DNA of 64,000 nucleotides from a virus, in the IMG/VR virus record IMGVR_UViG_3300014720_000002, one strand, 5' to 3'. Position 1 is the stretch's first letter. Each line of letters starts with the position of its first letter. A program made the translations under genes and the position numbers. Below are positions 45,741-56,407 of this stretch, piece after piece. The notes below the pieces were generated by a model. It saw only the letters and a list, made by a program, of their open reading frames with translations. It did no database searches and was not told the DNA's origin.

Positions 45741-46130
45741 GAAGCGGTATTCTCCAGCCCCAGTGCCTGAACTTCGCACAGTGGCGTTCATCCGGAGTGA
45801 CCATAGTTATCCCGATGGCGTTGAAACGCTTGCCTTGCTACAGGTCCGCACACACGTCACCAGCCGGGATGAACTTGCCGTTCGATTGCGCGAGGCTGTG
45901 CACCAGTGGACGCTCTGCACGGAGCTTGGTGCGCGGGTGCGCAAGGAGAGTTCAGAAGACACCAACATCGGGGATCTTGCCAGCTACGACGTGCTGGATG
46001 TCCGCCGGTGCTGGACCGATTGCTGGATGAGCAGGGCTTGACTGAGGTGCGTCTGCTGGCGGTGTTTGATGACGGGCCTTCGCTGCCCTACGACATGCTG
46101 CTGATTCGCCCTACCGAAGATGAAAAGTGA
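45727..46130 (+). pseudogene. Probable frameshifted gene (shift near 45997-46001)
   Basis: Frame A (...NIGDLASYDVLD) continues plausibly as frame B (CPPVLDRLLDEQGLTEV...), which ends coupled to the next gene. Confidence 0.45.
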
Positions 46131-46434
46131 TCCTGTTGTTTGGCTGCTCGCGCTGACTGGTCTCGTCTGCCTGTTCCATCTGCTCCAGCATGGGCCTCGT
46201 TCGACTTCTGAGGCTGTGCAGTCGGGATTTAGATGGGCCGGGTTGTTGGGGATCGCTCTGGTGCTGGCCGCACTTGGTGTGGCCTCGTTGGCGGTGCTGC
46301 TCTGCGCACTGCTTGCTGGAGCGGTCCTGCTGGTGGCGCTGCTGGTGCTAGTCCTGCTGACCTGCATCTGCATGCTGCCTGTGTTTCTGCTGGGTAGCGT
46401 GTTGGTGGTTGGATCAATGGAGTTGTTACCATGA
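46120..46434 (+). CDS. Leu-rich membrane protein
   Basis: Long hydrophobic stretches. Confidence 0.55.
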   Translation: MKSDPVVWLLALTGLVCLFHLLQHGPRSTSEAVQSGFRWAGLLGIALVLAALGVASLAVLLCALLAGAVLLVALLVLVLLTCICMLPVFLLGSVLVVGSMELLP

Positions 46435-46646
46435 GCAAGAAATCTGGAAAGAGACGGCGGCTGACGGACAAGCAGTATGCCGCCTCTGGCGGTTCCATCT
46501 GCCCGTCATGCCGGACGGAGAACCAGCTTACGGCCGGCAGGCATGAGGCTGATGGCGATCGGATTGAGTTCGAGGTGTGCTGTGAAAAGTGCGGCTTCGA
46601 CTTCTTCGACATCTACCAACTGGTTGGCTACAGGAAGGCGGAATGA
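46431..46646 (+). CDS. Zn-ribbon protein
   Basis: CPSC...CEKC. Confidence 0.7.
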   Translation: MSKKSGKRRRLTDKQYAASGGSICPSCRTENQLTAGRHEADGDRIEFEVCCEKCGFDFFDIYQLVGYRKAE

Positions 46647-47371
46647 AGCGCGCAGCATTTACACCCGACCAAGTCGCCCGGCTGATTGACAAGCCTGGCC
46701 GACGCAAGAACAAGCTGGAGGCGGTGTATCGGCTCAAGCTGTCGGACGAGGACTACCGGGAGGAGTTGGAGGCCGAGATTTATCGGGATCCGCTGGCCCG
46801 AGGCTTGGCGTTTGAGCAGGAGATTGCTGCGCACTTCCCCGCTGACCGTGGTGCCGAGGTGCCTGATGAGGGCGCCTGGGTGCTGGTGAAGCACGCGCCC
46901 AGAGTCGGCTTTCCGACGGGGAAATCGTTCCAACCTCCGCCACTCTCGATCTGGTTTGCCTTGGCGGAGTGGCGACCGTCAGCACGGATGCGCGGAACCG
47001 CCTTCCGGCATCTGGCCCGCATCCTGACCCCGGAAGGGGAGATGTGCCTGGAGCCGCACGAGTATGTGGTGTTCAAGAGTGGTCTGAGCAATCTGCTTGG
47101 CGTTGACGACGACAATCAGGTGCGGATCCACTATCTGAGCGGCGATGCCGCCATCGATGAGGACAAGCTTTTCTATCTTCAGTCGCGTGGCATTCCCCGC
47201 AGCCGTGCCGTGCTGATGCTGGTGGATCATGTGCGCAACCAGAACTGGTGCTGGTTTTCGCTGCCCATCGAGTATGCCCAGATGTTTGGGTTTGATCGGG
47301 CTCCGCGTGGTATTGCTGAGCGTCGCCCGGCTGAGCTTGCCCCAGAAGAGGAGGAACTGACACATGCCTGA
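46643..47371 (+). CDS. Hypothetical protein containing a SufB/SufD C-terminal-like segment
   Basis: AAIDEDKLFYLQSRGIPRSRAVLMLV at 47138-47233. Confidence 0.65.
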   Translation: MKRAAFTPDQVARLIDKPGRRKNKLEAVYRLKLSDEDYREELEAEIYRDPLARGLAFEQEIAAHFPADRGAEVPDEGAWVLVKHAPRVGFPTGKSFQPPPLSIWFALAEWRPSARMRGTAFRHLARILTPEGEMCLEPHEYVVFKSGLSNLLGVDDDNQVRIHYLSGDAAIDEDKLFYLQSRGIPRSRAVLMLVDHVRNQNWCWFSLPIEYAQMFGFDRAPRGIAERRPAELAPEEEELTHA

Positions 47372-47612
47372 GAAAACGAACAAGCCTGCGCCTGGCTGGT
47401 CGGTGCTGCTGGTGCCGACGGAAGATGCCGAGCTTTTGATGGAGACGCTGAGCATGGACGCCAAGTCCCGTCATTTCGACCGTGAGCTTCGGCTGAAGAT
47501 CGAGAAGTCCTTGGACCAGGTAACTGAGTTCGAGGTCGCGCACGAGCAGGCGATGGCGGTTCAGACGCTGCTTCTACCCATCGTGCGCGGTGCATCCAGC
47601 CATGAAAGTTAG
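47364..47612 (+). CDS. Small hypothetical protein
   Basis: 82-aa ORF. Confidence 0.55.
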   Translation: MPEKTNKPAPGWSVLLVPTEDAELLMETLSMDAKSRHFDRELRLKIEKSLDQVTEFEVAHEQAMAVQTLLLPIVRGASSHES

Positions 47613-48099
47613 TTACCGACAACCGTTGTCCAACGTCCGCGCTTTGCTGTTGATGTGGTCGTTGATCATCATTCAGGGGCTGATTATCGCCAGCTTCGGT
47701 CTGGGCGTTCCGGTGTCCGCCTTGCTTGGTGGCATTGTCGGAGGTTTGACCGCCTGGCTGACTGCCGATTGGTGGCGTCGCGGGGTGCCTGTGTTCCGGC
47801 TGTTCGACGGCGCTCTTGTGCCTGACGTGTCGATGGTTGTGGATAACGGGCAGGCGTCCAAGCACGACCTTAACCGGTCTGCGCTGATGTGGGACTACGA
47901 GCGCACGCTGGCCGGATTGAACTCGCTGGTGATGGTGAGTTGGACGGAATGGGCATGCGCCGCCACGATCCAGTCTTCCCGGTCGGCGCTGCCTGAGGCC
48001 GGTCGGACGGCCAGTGTTGATGCACTGCTTTGGGAGATTCGGAGCAAGTTTGTTGAACTGTATGGAAGAGAGCCCATTATTGCCTGGGTCCGCCGGTGA
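47602..48099 (+). CDS. Membrane protein
   Basis: Two N-terminal hydrophobic helices. Confidence 0.6.
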   Translation: MKVSYRQPLSNVRALLLMWSLIIIQGLIIASFGLGVPVSALLGGIVGGLTAWLTADWWRRGVPVFRLFDGALVPDVSMVVDNGQASKHDLNRSALMWDYERTLAGLNSLVMVSWTEWACAATIQSSRSALPEAGRTASVDALLWEIRSKFVELYGREPIIAWVRR

Positions 48100-48760
48100 C
48101 GGCTATGCCGCGCTGGCGGACGAGTGGATGGTGATTGGCGACGGAAAGCGGTTCAACTTTCTGGACCCCAAGCCGGAGGACATCAACATTGCGGACATTG
48201 TTCGCGGGCTGTCCAAGCTGTGCCGGTATTGCGGTCAATGCAACGGCTTCTACAGCGTGGCCCAGCATAGTGTGCTGGTGGCCAAGTGCGTGCCGGCGAA
48301 GTTCAAGCTGGAGGCGCTGCTGCATGACGCCGCGGAGGCCTACCTGGGTGACATCATCCAACCGGTGAAGCGGTTCCTTCCGGAGTTCCGTCGGATGGAG
48401 CATCATGTCTGGAAGGCCATTGCCGCTGCCTTTGAACTGCCGGAGCAGACGTCACCCGAGGTGAAGGAGGCCGACCGGCGGATGATGGTGACCGAGAAGC
48501 GGTCGCTGTTTCCGGCCCTTACTCCGGTGTGGCAGTTGGAGAAGCAGGGGGTCGTGCCTTATCCCGCGCTGCGGATTGTCGGACTCTCGCATGAATCCGC
48601 ACGCGAAGGTTTCCTGCTGTCATTCCACACGTATGTCCGGCTGCAGAAGGCGTTTCGGGACGGTCGTGTGTCTGTGTGCGACCGCTGCACCGAACTTGCG
48701 GTCGAGGATGCTACCGGCGTCTGTTTCAGCCAGGTTTGCCTTCCTTACGACAAAAGATGA
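48062..48760 (+). CDS. HD-domain 5'-deoxynucleotidase-like (YfbR/YfdR-type) hydrolase
   Basis: YSVAQHSVLV ... ALLHDAAEAYLGDI ... VKEADRRM. Confidence 0.88.
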   Translation: MEESPLLPGSAGDGYAALADEWMVIGDGKRFNFLDPKPEDINIADIVRGLSKLCRYCGQCNGFYSVAQHSVLVAKCVPAKFKLEALLHDAAEAYLGDIIQPVKRFLPEFRRMEHHVWKAIAAAFELPEQTSPEVKEADRRMMVTEKRSLFPALTPVWQLEKQGVVPYPALRIVGLSHESAREGFLLSFHTYVRLQKAFRDGRVSVCDRCTELAVEDATGVCFSQVCLPYDKR

Positions 48761-50368
48761 GTGCTCAAATCGAGATGCCTGAATACTACCGGGCGCCGCT
48801 GACGGAGCGGGACGAAATAACGGCCTGGTTGCTGGATTACAACGCTCGGTCTTGGGACCGGCGAGGTGGTTTTGGCTACGAGGCGCAGCCGTTCTCCAAG
48901 GCAGGCTTCTCCCGCGGACCTTGGCTGTTCTGCTTCAACGTAAAGGTGCGCGCACATCTGGACTGGAGTCACGCTGGACTGCTGACCAGCGCGGTGCAGG
49001 CGGGTCACCTTGACCGTAAAACGGCGACCGATGCGCATTGGCTGTCCGAGACCGAACAGCGGCTGACCGATACGTCGGATGACGCCTTGTGGGATGCTGG
49101 CATTGAGGACAGCCGGGACGTGTTCTGCGGCCGGGACGGCAAGCCGGACGACGACGGCTACTCCATGCTCTGGGATGGCACACACGTCGATACCCGGTTT
49201 GCCTTTCTCGGCAGGTCCGGCGGCTGGCTGGCGCTGACCGGTTTTGAAGGCCACCGGCTGGCTGGAGATGCGGAGGAGGTGCTGGCTGAAATGTCGGATG
49301 AGTGTTTGCGGCGGCTGTATGCCTTTTTGGTGATGCTGCAGCACGACCTGGTCGGTGACCTACCCTCCCGGATGGTTCACGCAGCGGCGGCGTTTCACTT
49401 CTTCCACAATATCTGTGGCGACATCTGCCGGACGGAGGACTTGGTTGGAGCAGGAATCTGAGGTATGGAAGCTACTGAGATACTTAACAGTTATCTGAAC
49501 GTGGCGGAACCAGTTGCCCGGCGTTTGCTGGAGCTTGCCCGAGCCCAGGCTCACACTGACGCAGCGTGTAAGCAGGCGGCGGCTGAACTGGAAGTTTATC
49601 TGGAACGGTTCGACAATGACCGGTTGGTTCGCGATGCGGCCATCCGTGAACTGGCGGAGTCTAACTTGCCGCTGGCTGATGGTGAACTAGAGATGGACCC
49701 CAACGCTGTGGTCAGCGAAGGCGACGACAATGGTGCCTATGTCATGACGTGGTCGTGGGTGTCGTTTGCGGACACTGCCTTGGACAAGGAAAAAGACTAA
49801 TGAACGGACACGTATTTAGGGAAGTGCATGGTGTCATGGTGCAGGAGTTTGATCCTGTGTCGTGCCGGGTGGTGGGTATGCGGTTTCAGCCGGACGACGG
49901 CGAACATCGCTCGCTGGATGCCGTGTTTGACGAGATTGGGTTTGATGCTTCGGTGGACCAGCGCAGCCGCAAGGCGCTGCTGGCGCAGGACCTGCGCAAT
50001 CTGTTCATTCCGCGGCTGGTGGCCCAGACGGAGCGCAGCATGGTATGGCAGATCGACGAGCACATGGTCATGGTCGGACGGATAACCGCCACGGCTGACC
50101 GCAAGGCACAGGTGTTGCACGACGCTGCGCTCATCCCTGCGGCCGACTGGGAAGATCTCGGCTGGCCGGACGGACGCAAGCTGGATGCCTGGTGCAAAAA
50201 GAGATTCAAGCCGGCCAAGCCATGAGTGCTCAGACTATCTTTGAAGCGCATCGCCGCGAGTGTCCACTGACGGATGCCGAGGCGGTGGATGTGCTGTTGG
50301 AATACATCGACAACCAGGAGTCGCCCGAGGGGTTTTCCGACTTCCTGGACAATCGACCGCCGGACTGA
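48757..50368 (+). other. Run of hypothetical CDSs (48757-49461, 49465-49800, 49800-50225, 50222-50368)
   Basis: Head-to-tail coupled ORFs. Confidence 0.65.
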
Positions 50369-50383
50369 TGTCATGCGTTAGCC

Positions 50384-51256
50384 ATGAACCAACCGATACT
50401 CGTTGTCCGCACTGATACCGGCACCAACCCGTCGTCGCTGTTCTCCTGGTCGGCTGAACAGGCGGGGCTGCCGGCATGGAACCGGCTGTCAGCCACGCCA
50501 TCCGTATTGCTGGACCATCTCAAGGCACAGGTCCTGCCGGATCTGTCGGACGATGACGTCCTGGTATGTCTGGATGGCACCAGCAGCCTCTGCGTGCGCC
50601 GCCTCTACGCCCCGGACGCGTTCGCCAAGCGGCTGCATCAGACGATGGATGAACTGTCGGCCGATGTGCTGCTGGCCTCCTGCGTCAACTGCTATCCAGC
50701 CACAGCCAAGCTGATGGCCGTCTGTGACCGCAGCTTCGGCAAGTTGAAGCGCAACCGGTATCCTTCGGCAGATGGCTGGGCTGCCCGGGTTGGGGCGTTT
50801 CGGCGGCTGGTGCGCCGGCACGGAGCCCAGTCGCTGATGTCTGAGCGCTGGTGGGCGGAGGTGATCGAGGTGAACTGGGGCAATTACGGAAACCAGCCCC
50901 GGATCGTCATCGATCATGACTGCCATTTGTTTCAGCCGCTGGACGACATGGTGTTGGACCTGGCGCCAGCCCCATTCTCGTTGCTGAACAGCCGCACGGG
51001 CGCGCAGCCGATGTTCCTGCAGCGGACGGGGGTGGCCAGCCTCGGGCCATGGATGGAGATGATCTGGCCGACTGGGCCTGGCAAACCGTGGGAGCGCTTT
51101 CTCGGTGAATATGAGAAGCAGCGCTACGACGTGGTGCTGGATTCGGGCGAGATGTTACTGGACCTGTGGCCGAATGCCGGGCTGTTCGTGGATCATTCCG
51201 CGCAGGATCGGACGGTTGTGGGTGAACGGGTGGTTTGGTTGCGTCCCAGAACATGA
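50384..51256 (+). CDS. Divergent glycosyltransferase-like protein (PLOD-type GT-A domain-like)
   Basis: DVLVCLDG...VLLASCVNCYP...RYPSADGW...IVIDHDCHLFQPL resembles the PLOD GT domain, but motifs are degenerate. Confidence 0.5.
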   Translation: MNQPILVVRTDTGTNPSSLFSWSAEQAGLPAWNRLSATPSVLLDHLKAQVLPDLSDDDVLVCLDGTSSLCVRRLYAPDAFAKRLHQTMDELSADVLLASCVNCYPATAKLMAVCDRSFGKLKRNRYPSADGWAARVGAFRRLVRRHGAQSLMSERWWAEVIEVNWGNYGNQPRIVIDHDCHLFQPLDDMVLDLAPAPFSLLNSRTGAQPMFLQRTGVASLGPWMEMIWPTGPGKPWERFLGEYEKQRYDVVLDSGEMLLDLWPNAGLFVDHSAQDRTVVGERVVWLRPRT

Positions 51257-54230
51257 ATGCCGACCGAGGAAGGTCCACTGAGTTCGGCGCCTGCAACGGG
51301 TGCCGGACGCACCTCACTGCGCATGGAGTGGCGCCGCACGCCGTCACCCAGTTTTCTTTCAGCGATGGTTCGCTGCTGGGGCTGTGCGATGCGTGCTGCG
51401 AGCAGCTTCGTAACCTGATTGATGAGCAAACAAGAGCTAGAAATAAAACACCTGAGGCGGAAGCTCCGGCTCGCCAGAAGTGCTTTGTCGTTCGCGGCCG
51501 ACTATCCGGCCAACAGCAACAGCGAGCCGGACGTGATGGGCGAGGCGGTTGACCGGATCAGCCAGCAGGCTGTCTCGTGCCTGGCGGCCTGGGCTTGCCT
51601 GGACCGCCAGCATCGTCGAAAGTCTGCCAAGCATGGCTAAAGCCGTCATACCCGGATTTGCGACAACTTCGCTGTTCACGCCAACGGTGCTGCGCTTTGT
51701 GCGTGACCGTGCGATGGACTACCCGCGGCGGTCCCAGCGGCAGGTGGTCAACATGGTTCGACCACTGGCCCGCCGGCCTTTTGAAGAGCGCGTTGTCACC
51801 ACTGAAGATGGCCTGCCGGTGCTGCATGTCGGCCAGCAGATAGTGCTGACCAGCACGGCGGACGGGCTGAATGTGCAGGTGCTCAACCGGTATGTCCGCC
51901 AATGTCCGGATGGTCAGCGCATTCCGCTGTCGATGGACATGGCGCAGTCGCTGGATGAGTTGCAGGGCGTAATGCCGCAGGAGAATTGAGCTATGGATGT
52001 TTCCAAAATGCCGTGGCAGTTGACGCTGCTGCCGCACGAAGACTGTGCGCCGAGCGAGAAAGAGGGCTGGCCAGACTATCTGGTAGGCGGGTTGACCCTG
52101 GCCCAGGCCGCGGTCCGGTTGGACCTGCGGGTGCTGGAGCAGACCGGCAACTTCCTGTCGGCGGCTGATGACGAGTTCTTCTTGCGACTACACCGGATCC
52201 GCAACGGCAAGGACGAGTCGCCGGCATGGGACGAGGAGCGGCAGAGCGGCTGGGTGCTGAAGGTGGTGCACCGTCCAAGCACTCCCGGACACGCATGAGC
52301 CGTTCAACCAGGCCCAGCCCTCAGATGCTGGCCATGCTGCGCAGCCTGCGTGACCATGGCGATTACGGTTATCATCTGCATGGGGCAGCCCAGCATGGCG
52401 GTGCGTCAGGCACGCTGTGCGCACTAATCCATCGCGGGTGGGTGTCCAACAGCGACCGGTGCAAGCTGGCGTTGACGGAGGCAGGACTAAAGATTCTCCA
52501 GGATCATGAGCAGAAAAGTCGAACTGGTGCTTGAAGTGAAGTTGGTGGTGGAGGTGGATGAAGGAGTTTCGATGCAGACGGTGGTGGATGAGTTGGACTA
52601 CGAGTTCAACAACCCCGACTCCGGAAGTTTCAACATCGTGGACACCGAGATCCGAGACTACAAGGTGGTTGATTCCAAATGAGCAAACCGAAGAAGGTCA
52701 AGCTGGTCCCGCCGGACTTGCAGCAGTGTCAGGCGGAAAAGGCTGACGGGTCGTTCATGACGCTGGGACCGGTTCGCCGGGAACGGTGCAAGAACGTGCC
52801 CGTGGTGGTGGCCAAGGAACGCAAGCCTGGCGCGGATGGTCAGCGGGGCAGTATGTCGCTGTGCACTGAGTGCCGGCAGGTCTGCATCGACAGGCTTGGA
52901 AAGGGCTACGCCTCGTTCACCAAGATCAACCGCATCAAGGTATCCAGCCGAAGGTTCTACCGCAGCCGGTTCTGGGTGGAGATCCTGTCCGAGGAGCCAC
53001 TCCCGGACGTGTCGCTGCGCACGCTGATGGATGACTGCGAGAATGGTCCTTACAGCGGCGACAGCGGGCATAGCAAGACGGAAGAGATCGATGGGCCAAA
53101 AGCTGCCAGGTTGCTGCTGAAGCAGGGCAGCGATCCTGGGTTCTTCATGCTGACCAACAAGGGCGAGGACACGGAGGAATAACATGCCAGACGAGCAGAT
53201 TATCAAGCTGGGCACGCGCCAGAAGAATGCGCTGCTGTGGGTGGCTGGACGGACGTCAGCCGCCAAGGTGACACCGTCGTCGCTGCAAGACCTGGTCCGG
53301 CTGAAGCTGATCGAGCGGGATGGCAGCGCACGCAGCGTGGCATTCAAGCTGACCACCACAGGCCAGACGTGGCTGGACCAACACGCACCATGAGCCACAC
53401 CGATCCCGGCAGCTTGCCGCGTGATGTCCGGGTCAAGCTCCTGCAAATTCGCGCAGCGCTGCTGCAGAACGACATGCACGAAGCGCAGCACCTGCTTTAT
53501 TCAATCGCAGACCCTGAGTTCCGCAGCATTGAGGCGTGGGAACGCCTGTCGGACGGCATAACGGAGGTGGCGCCGGCGACAACGACGGAGGCCATGGACG
53601 CCCTAGTGTATCAGATCAATCGGCTTACCCATCGTCCCATCAAGGCATGGTTGGGAGGTGTGGTGTTGATCGGCAACCTGCATTGTCTGGGAGACGAGTC
53701 TTCTGGCGGCCTTCGGTATCGCTGTGTTGAGGTCATCAACCGCGAGGGAGTGGTCCGCGATCATTTGAGTGGCTGGCACACGGAAGGTGAGATGGTGCTG
53801 GCGTTGAAGGTGGCATTGGAACACACACGGGACAAGTATGCACAGTCACGAAATAGAGAAGATGGTTGATGCCTTGAACAAGGCTGGGTTGATTGCCCCG
53901 ACTCTCGTCAATGCGATCATCACCAGTTTGGAGGAATACTGGATCGACCGCATGGCCGTGGTCTGGACTACGGAGGATGTGCACCGGCAGTTAAATCAGC
54001 GTGGGCTGGTAATGGATGACGATCGGGCGGTGCAGATCCTGGGTCAACTGCTGGATGACCATGACGCCAACCATGGCATCAACTGGAACACCATCGACTT
54101 CGCCCTGCCATCGGCAGACGACGAGGCTGTCCGCAAGCTCACCCCAGCACAGAAGCAGGCGGTGGAGAATGGCCACTGGTATCTGCTGGTGCCCAAAGGC
54201 AAGCGCCGGTTCTGCGAAAAGCGCGCGTAA
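51253..54230 (+). other. Run of about 10 small hypothetical CDSs (e.g. 51419-51640, 51633-51989, 51993-52298, 52295-52534, 52679-53182, 53184-53393, 53390-53869, 53838-54230)
   Basis: Densely packed + strand ORFs. Confidence 0.6.
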
Positions 54231-54312
54231 CACCAGACCAGTCCGTGTCATAAGTCTTTGGGAGACGTCCTCTCCCATTTAACCAGACAGTGAACGCGGC
54301 TTGTTGGCCGCA

Positions 54313-54350
54313 GCCCGCCCCGGACTTGATCGGTCTGGGGCGGGCCTTTT
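54313..54350 (+). terminator. Intrinsic terminator
   Basis: gcccgccccggac / gtctggggcgggc stem followed by ctttt. Confidence 0.8.
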
Positions 54351-54445
54351 CATGTCCTGGCTGCAGGCCCGTCACCAGGGCCTGGTCCAACCGGGTTATC
54401 CGGAAGCGTGGGAGGCGCCGCCTGCATGGCGGCATCACTGCACAT

Positions 54446-55406
54446 GGCAAAATCCCTGAACCTCGACAAGAAGAAGACCCAACGCATCCTGCCGGCGAGT
54501 GATCCGGTGGACTTCAGCAGCTTGTCGCCCGACGAGGCGATGATGTTGAAGGAGGAGTTGGCCATCGCTACCTCATCGGTGGACCCAAGACACCTGTGGT
54601 TCGCCGCCCAGGAGCAGTCCGGCCCACTGCCCCGTTCGGCGGTGGCACCCACAAAGGAAGGCGACCGCGCGCTGCGGTTGCAACTCTACATCGTCCGGCA
54701 CGGCGGCCAGGCGAAGCCGGTCGTCAAGGACACGGCGTTCGGCATGCTGACGGCCGCTTCGGCTGTGCTCGGGTTTAACCGGGCCTAAACCATCATCCTC
54801 CCGTGGGCTGCCAGCGACAGCCCACGGGAGGTATCCAACTGCTGCCGAATTTTATGCCCGATACTCCCGATGAACCAGTGCTGTGTCCGTTCTGCTGCGG
54901 GGACAAGCTTTTCGTGTGCGTTCAGTGGACCGCCGTAAGCGAACAAGATCCCCACCACAGCGAGGCACTGACCGAGCATCAATGTCGTGATTGTGCACGG
55001 TCGTTCTGGGTGTGACACACCTCATTCACGAGCACCCCTGCAGCCAAAAACGAGCAGGGTGGCGAAAACTTGAAAACCCCACCAAGGGCGCGGCTGCTCA
55101 AATTTAACCATGTCTGCATCACCGTTCACTGAAGAAGAGTTGCAGTTCATCTGCCAGGCTGGCTGGGCCTGCCTCATCAGCAGCCCAGGTGCCATGCCTA
55201 ACCCGATTGCCCGGTTGACGCCGGAGGCGCATACCGCGCTGGCACGCAAGCTGGAGTTGGCACTGGGCAAGGGCAAGCCAGGCGCGGTGCACCTGAAACC
55301 GGATGGCTGGTATTTCTGGGACGAGACAGGTGCGCATGCCCTGGGGCCGTTCGCCACCAGCGACGAGGCGGCGCACATGCTGAAGCGCTACGCTGACAGC
55401 CTTTGA
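54446..55406 (+). other. Three small CDSs (54446-54788, 54856-55015, 55110-55406) separated by hairpin-containing spacers
   Basis: ORFs plus inverted repeats in each spacer. Confidence 0.6.
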
Positions 55407-55530
55407 CACTTTACCCAGCGTGGCCGCCTATCACCGGCGCGCTGGGTCAACTAACAAACAGTGATGGCTGGCGAAGGAGTCTCCGCTGGACGGGCGAATG
55501 CCAAGCAGTGCTCCAAAACAAACAAACGGT

Positions 55531-56391
55531 ATGATGAAAGAGAACAAGATGGTGATCGCGGTCACGTTGACCGCACCCCTGCTGGGCGGGCTGCCCTTCA
55601 GCGACATTGCGCAGGACCACCTGCGCGTCAAGACGGAGAAGGAGAACAAGAAGGACCTCTCCAACCTGGAGCCTCGCGTCGCGGAGGAACTGGCCGTCGC
55701 TGCTGCCCAGGCCGAGCAGCGCCGGTTGCAACTCCTGGCCGCTGGGCTGGACGCCGAAGAGGCGCGCGGCACCACCGGGTTTGCCCGTGACGACATGGGC
55801 TTGTTCGTGTGGGACTATTGGTTCCGTGGCTTCATCAAGGAAGCCCTGGAGACGGTGATCGAGTGCGGCTGTGCACCCGCCGGCTTCAACCCCTGGAACC
55901 GCAAGAAGAAGGTCGATCAGTTGATCTTCGTGGAGCCGCGGCGCATCTATCTGCGCAAGCCGTCAGCGGAGCGCACGGCGTCATCGTCCACGGTCTGGAC
56001 CGAATCCCCCGGTTTCAACACCCGGCCGATCCGGACGGAGGATCAGCGCACTGGCGCCCAGCGCACGGCCATCGCGCGCAGCGAGGAAGTGCCGGAAGGC
56101 ACCTGGTTCGTGGCCGAGTTGGTGTATCTTGGGCCGGAGGAGGTCAAGGTCAGCAAGAGCGGCAAGTCGCAACCGATCGTGACCAAGGAGTTGATCGCAG
56201 ACATCCTCACCTACGGCCGCCGAAAGGGTCTCGGTCAGTGGCGGTCTGGTGGCTGGGGCACGTTCGACTGGCAGGAGTTGCCGGACAACAAGCTGGTGAT
56301 CAAGGCGTCCCGTGGTGTCGCCTCCGTGCCCAAGCAGGGCATCCACATCGAATGCACTCCCGGCTGTCCCCAGCCGGCCGTTGCGGTCTAG
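55531..56391 (+). CDS. Stand-alone Cas7/RAMP-like (Csf2-like) protein
   Basis: N-terminal VTLTAPLLGG strand, FVWDYWFRGFIKEA helix, RSEEVPEGTWF, and C-terminal Gly-rich loop GLGQWRSGGWGTF. Confidence 0.78.
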   Translation: MMKENKMVIAVTLTAPLLGGLPFSDIAQDHLRVKTEKENKKDLSNLEPRVAEELAVAAAQAEQRRLQLLAAGLDAEEARGTTGFARDDMGLFVWDYWFRGFIKEALETVIECGCAPAGFNPWNRKKKVDQLIFVEPRRIYLRKPSAERTASSSTVWTESPGFNTRPIRTEDQRTGAQRTAIARSEEVPEGTWFVAELVYLGPEEVKVSKSGKSQPIVTKELIADILTYGRRKGLGQWRSGGWGTFDWQELPDNKLVIKASRGVASVPKQGIHIECTPGCPQPAVAV

Positions 56392-56407
56392 TTGTCGAGC
56401 ACAGCAC

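Noticed and set aside
54359-54418. Possible GGY-NN 5-nt periodic guide tract near the Cas7-like gene
   Set aside because: Only 5 of 12 pentamers are in phase, and at most 2 are consecutive; this is compatible with chance in GC-rich DNA.
30359-55414. Shared cactttac 8-mer directly before the tmRNA 5' end (30359) and before the hairpin upstream of the Cas7-like gene (55407)
   Set aside because: Only two copies of a short motif, which is too likely by chance to support a common processing signal.
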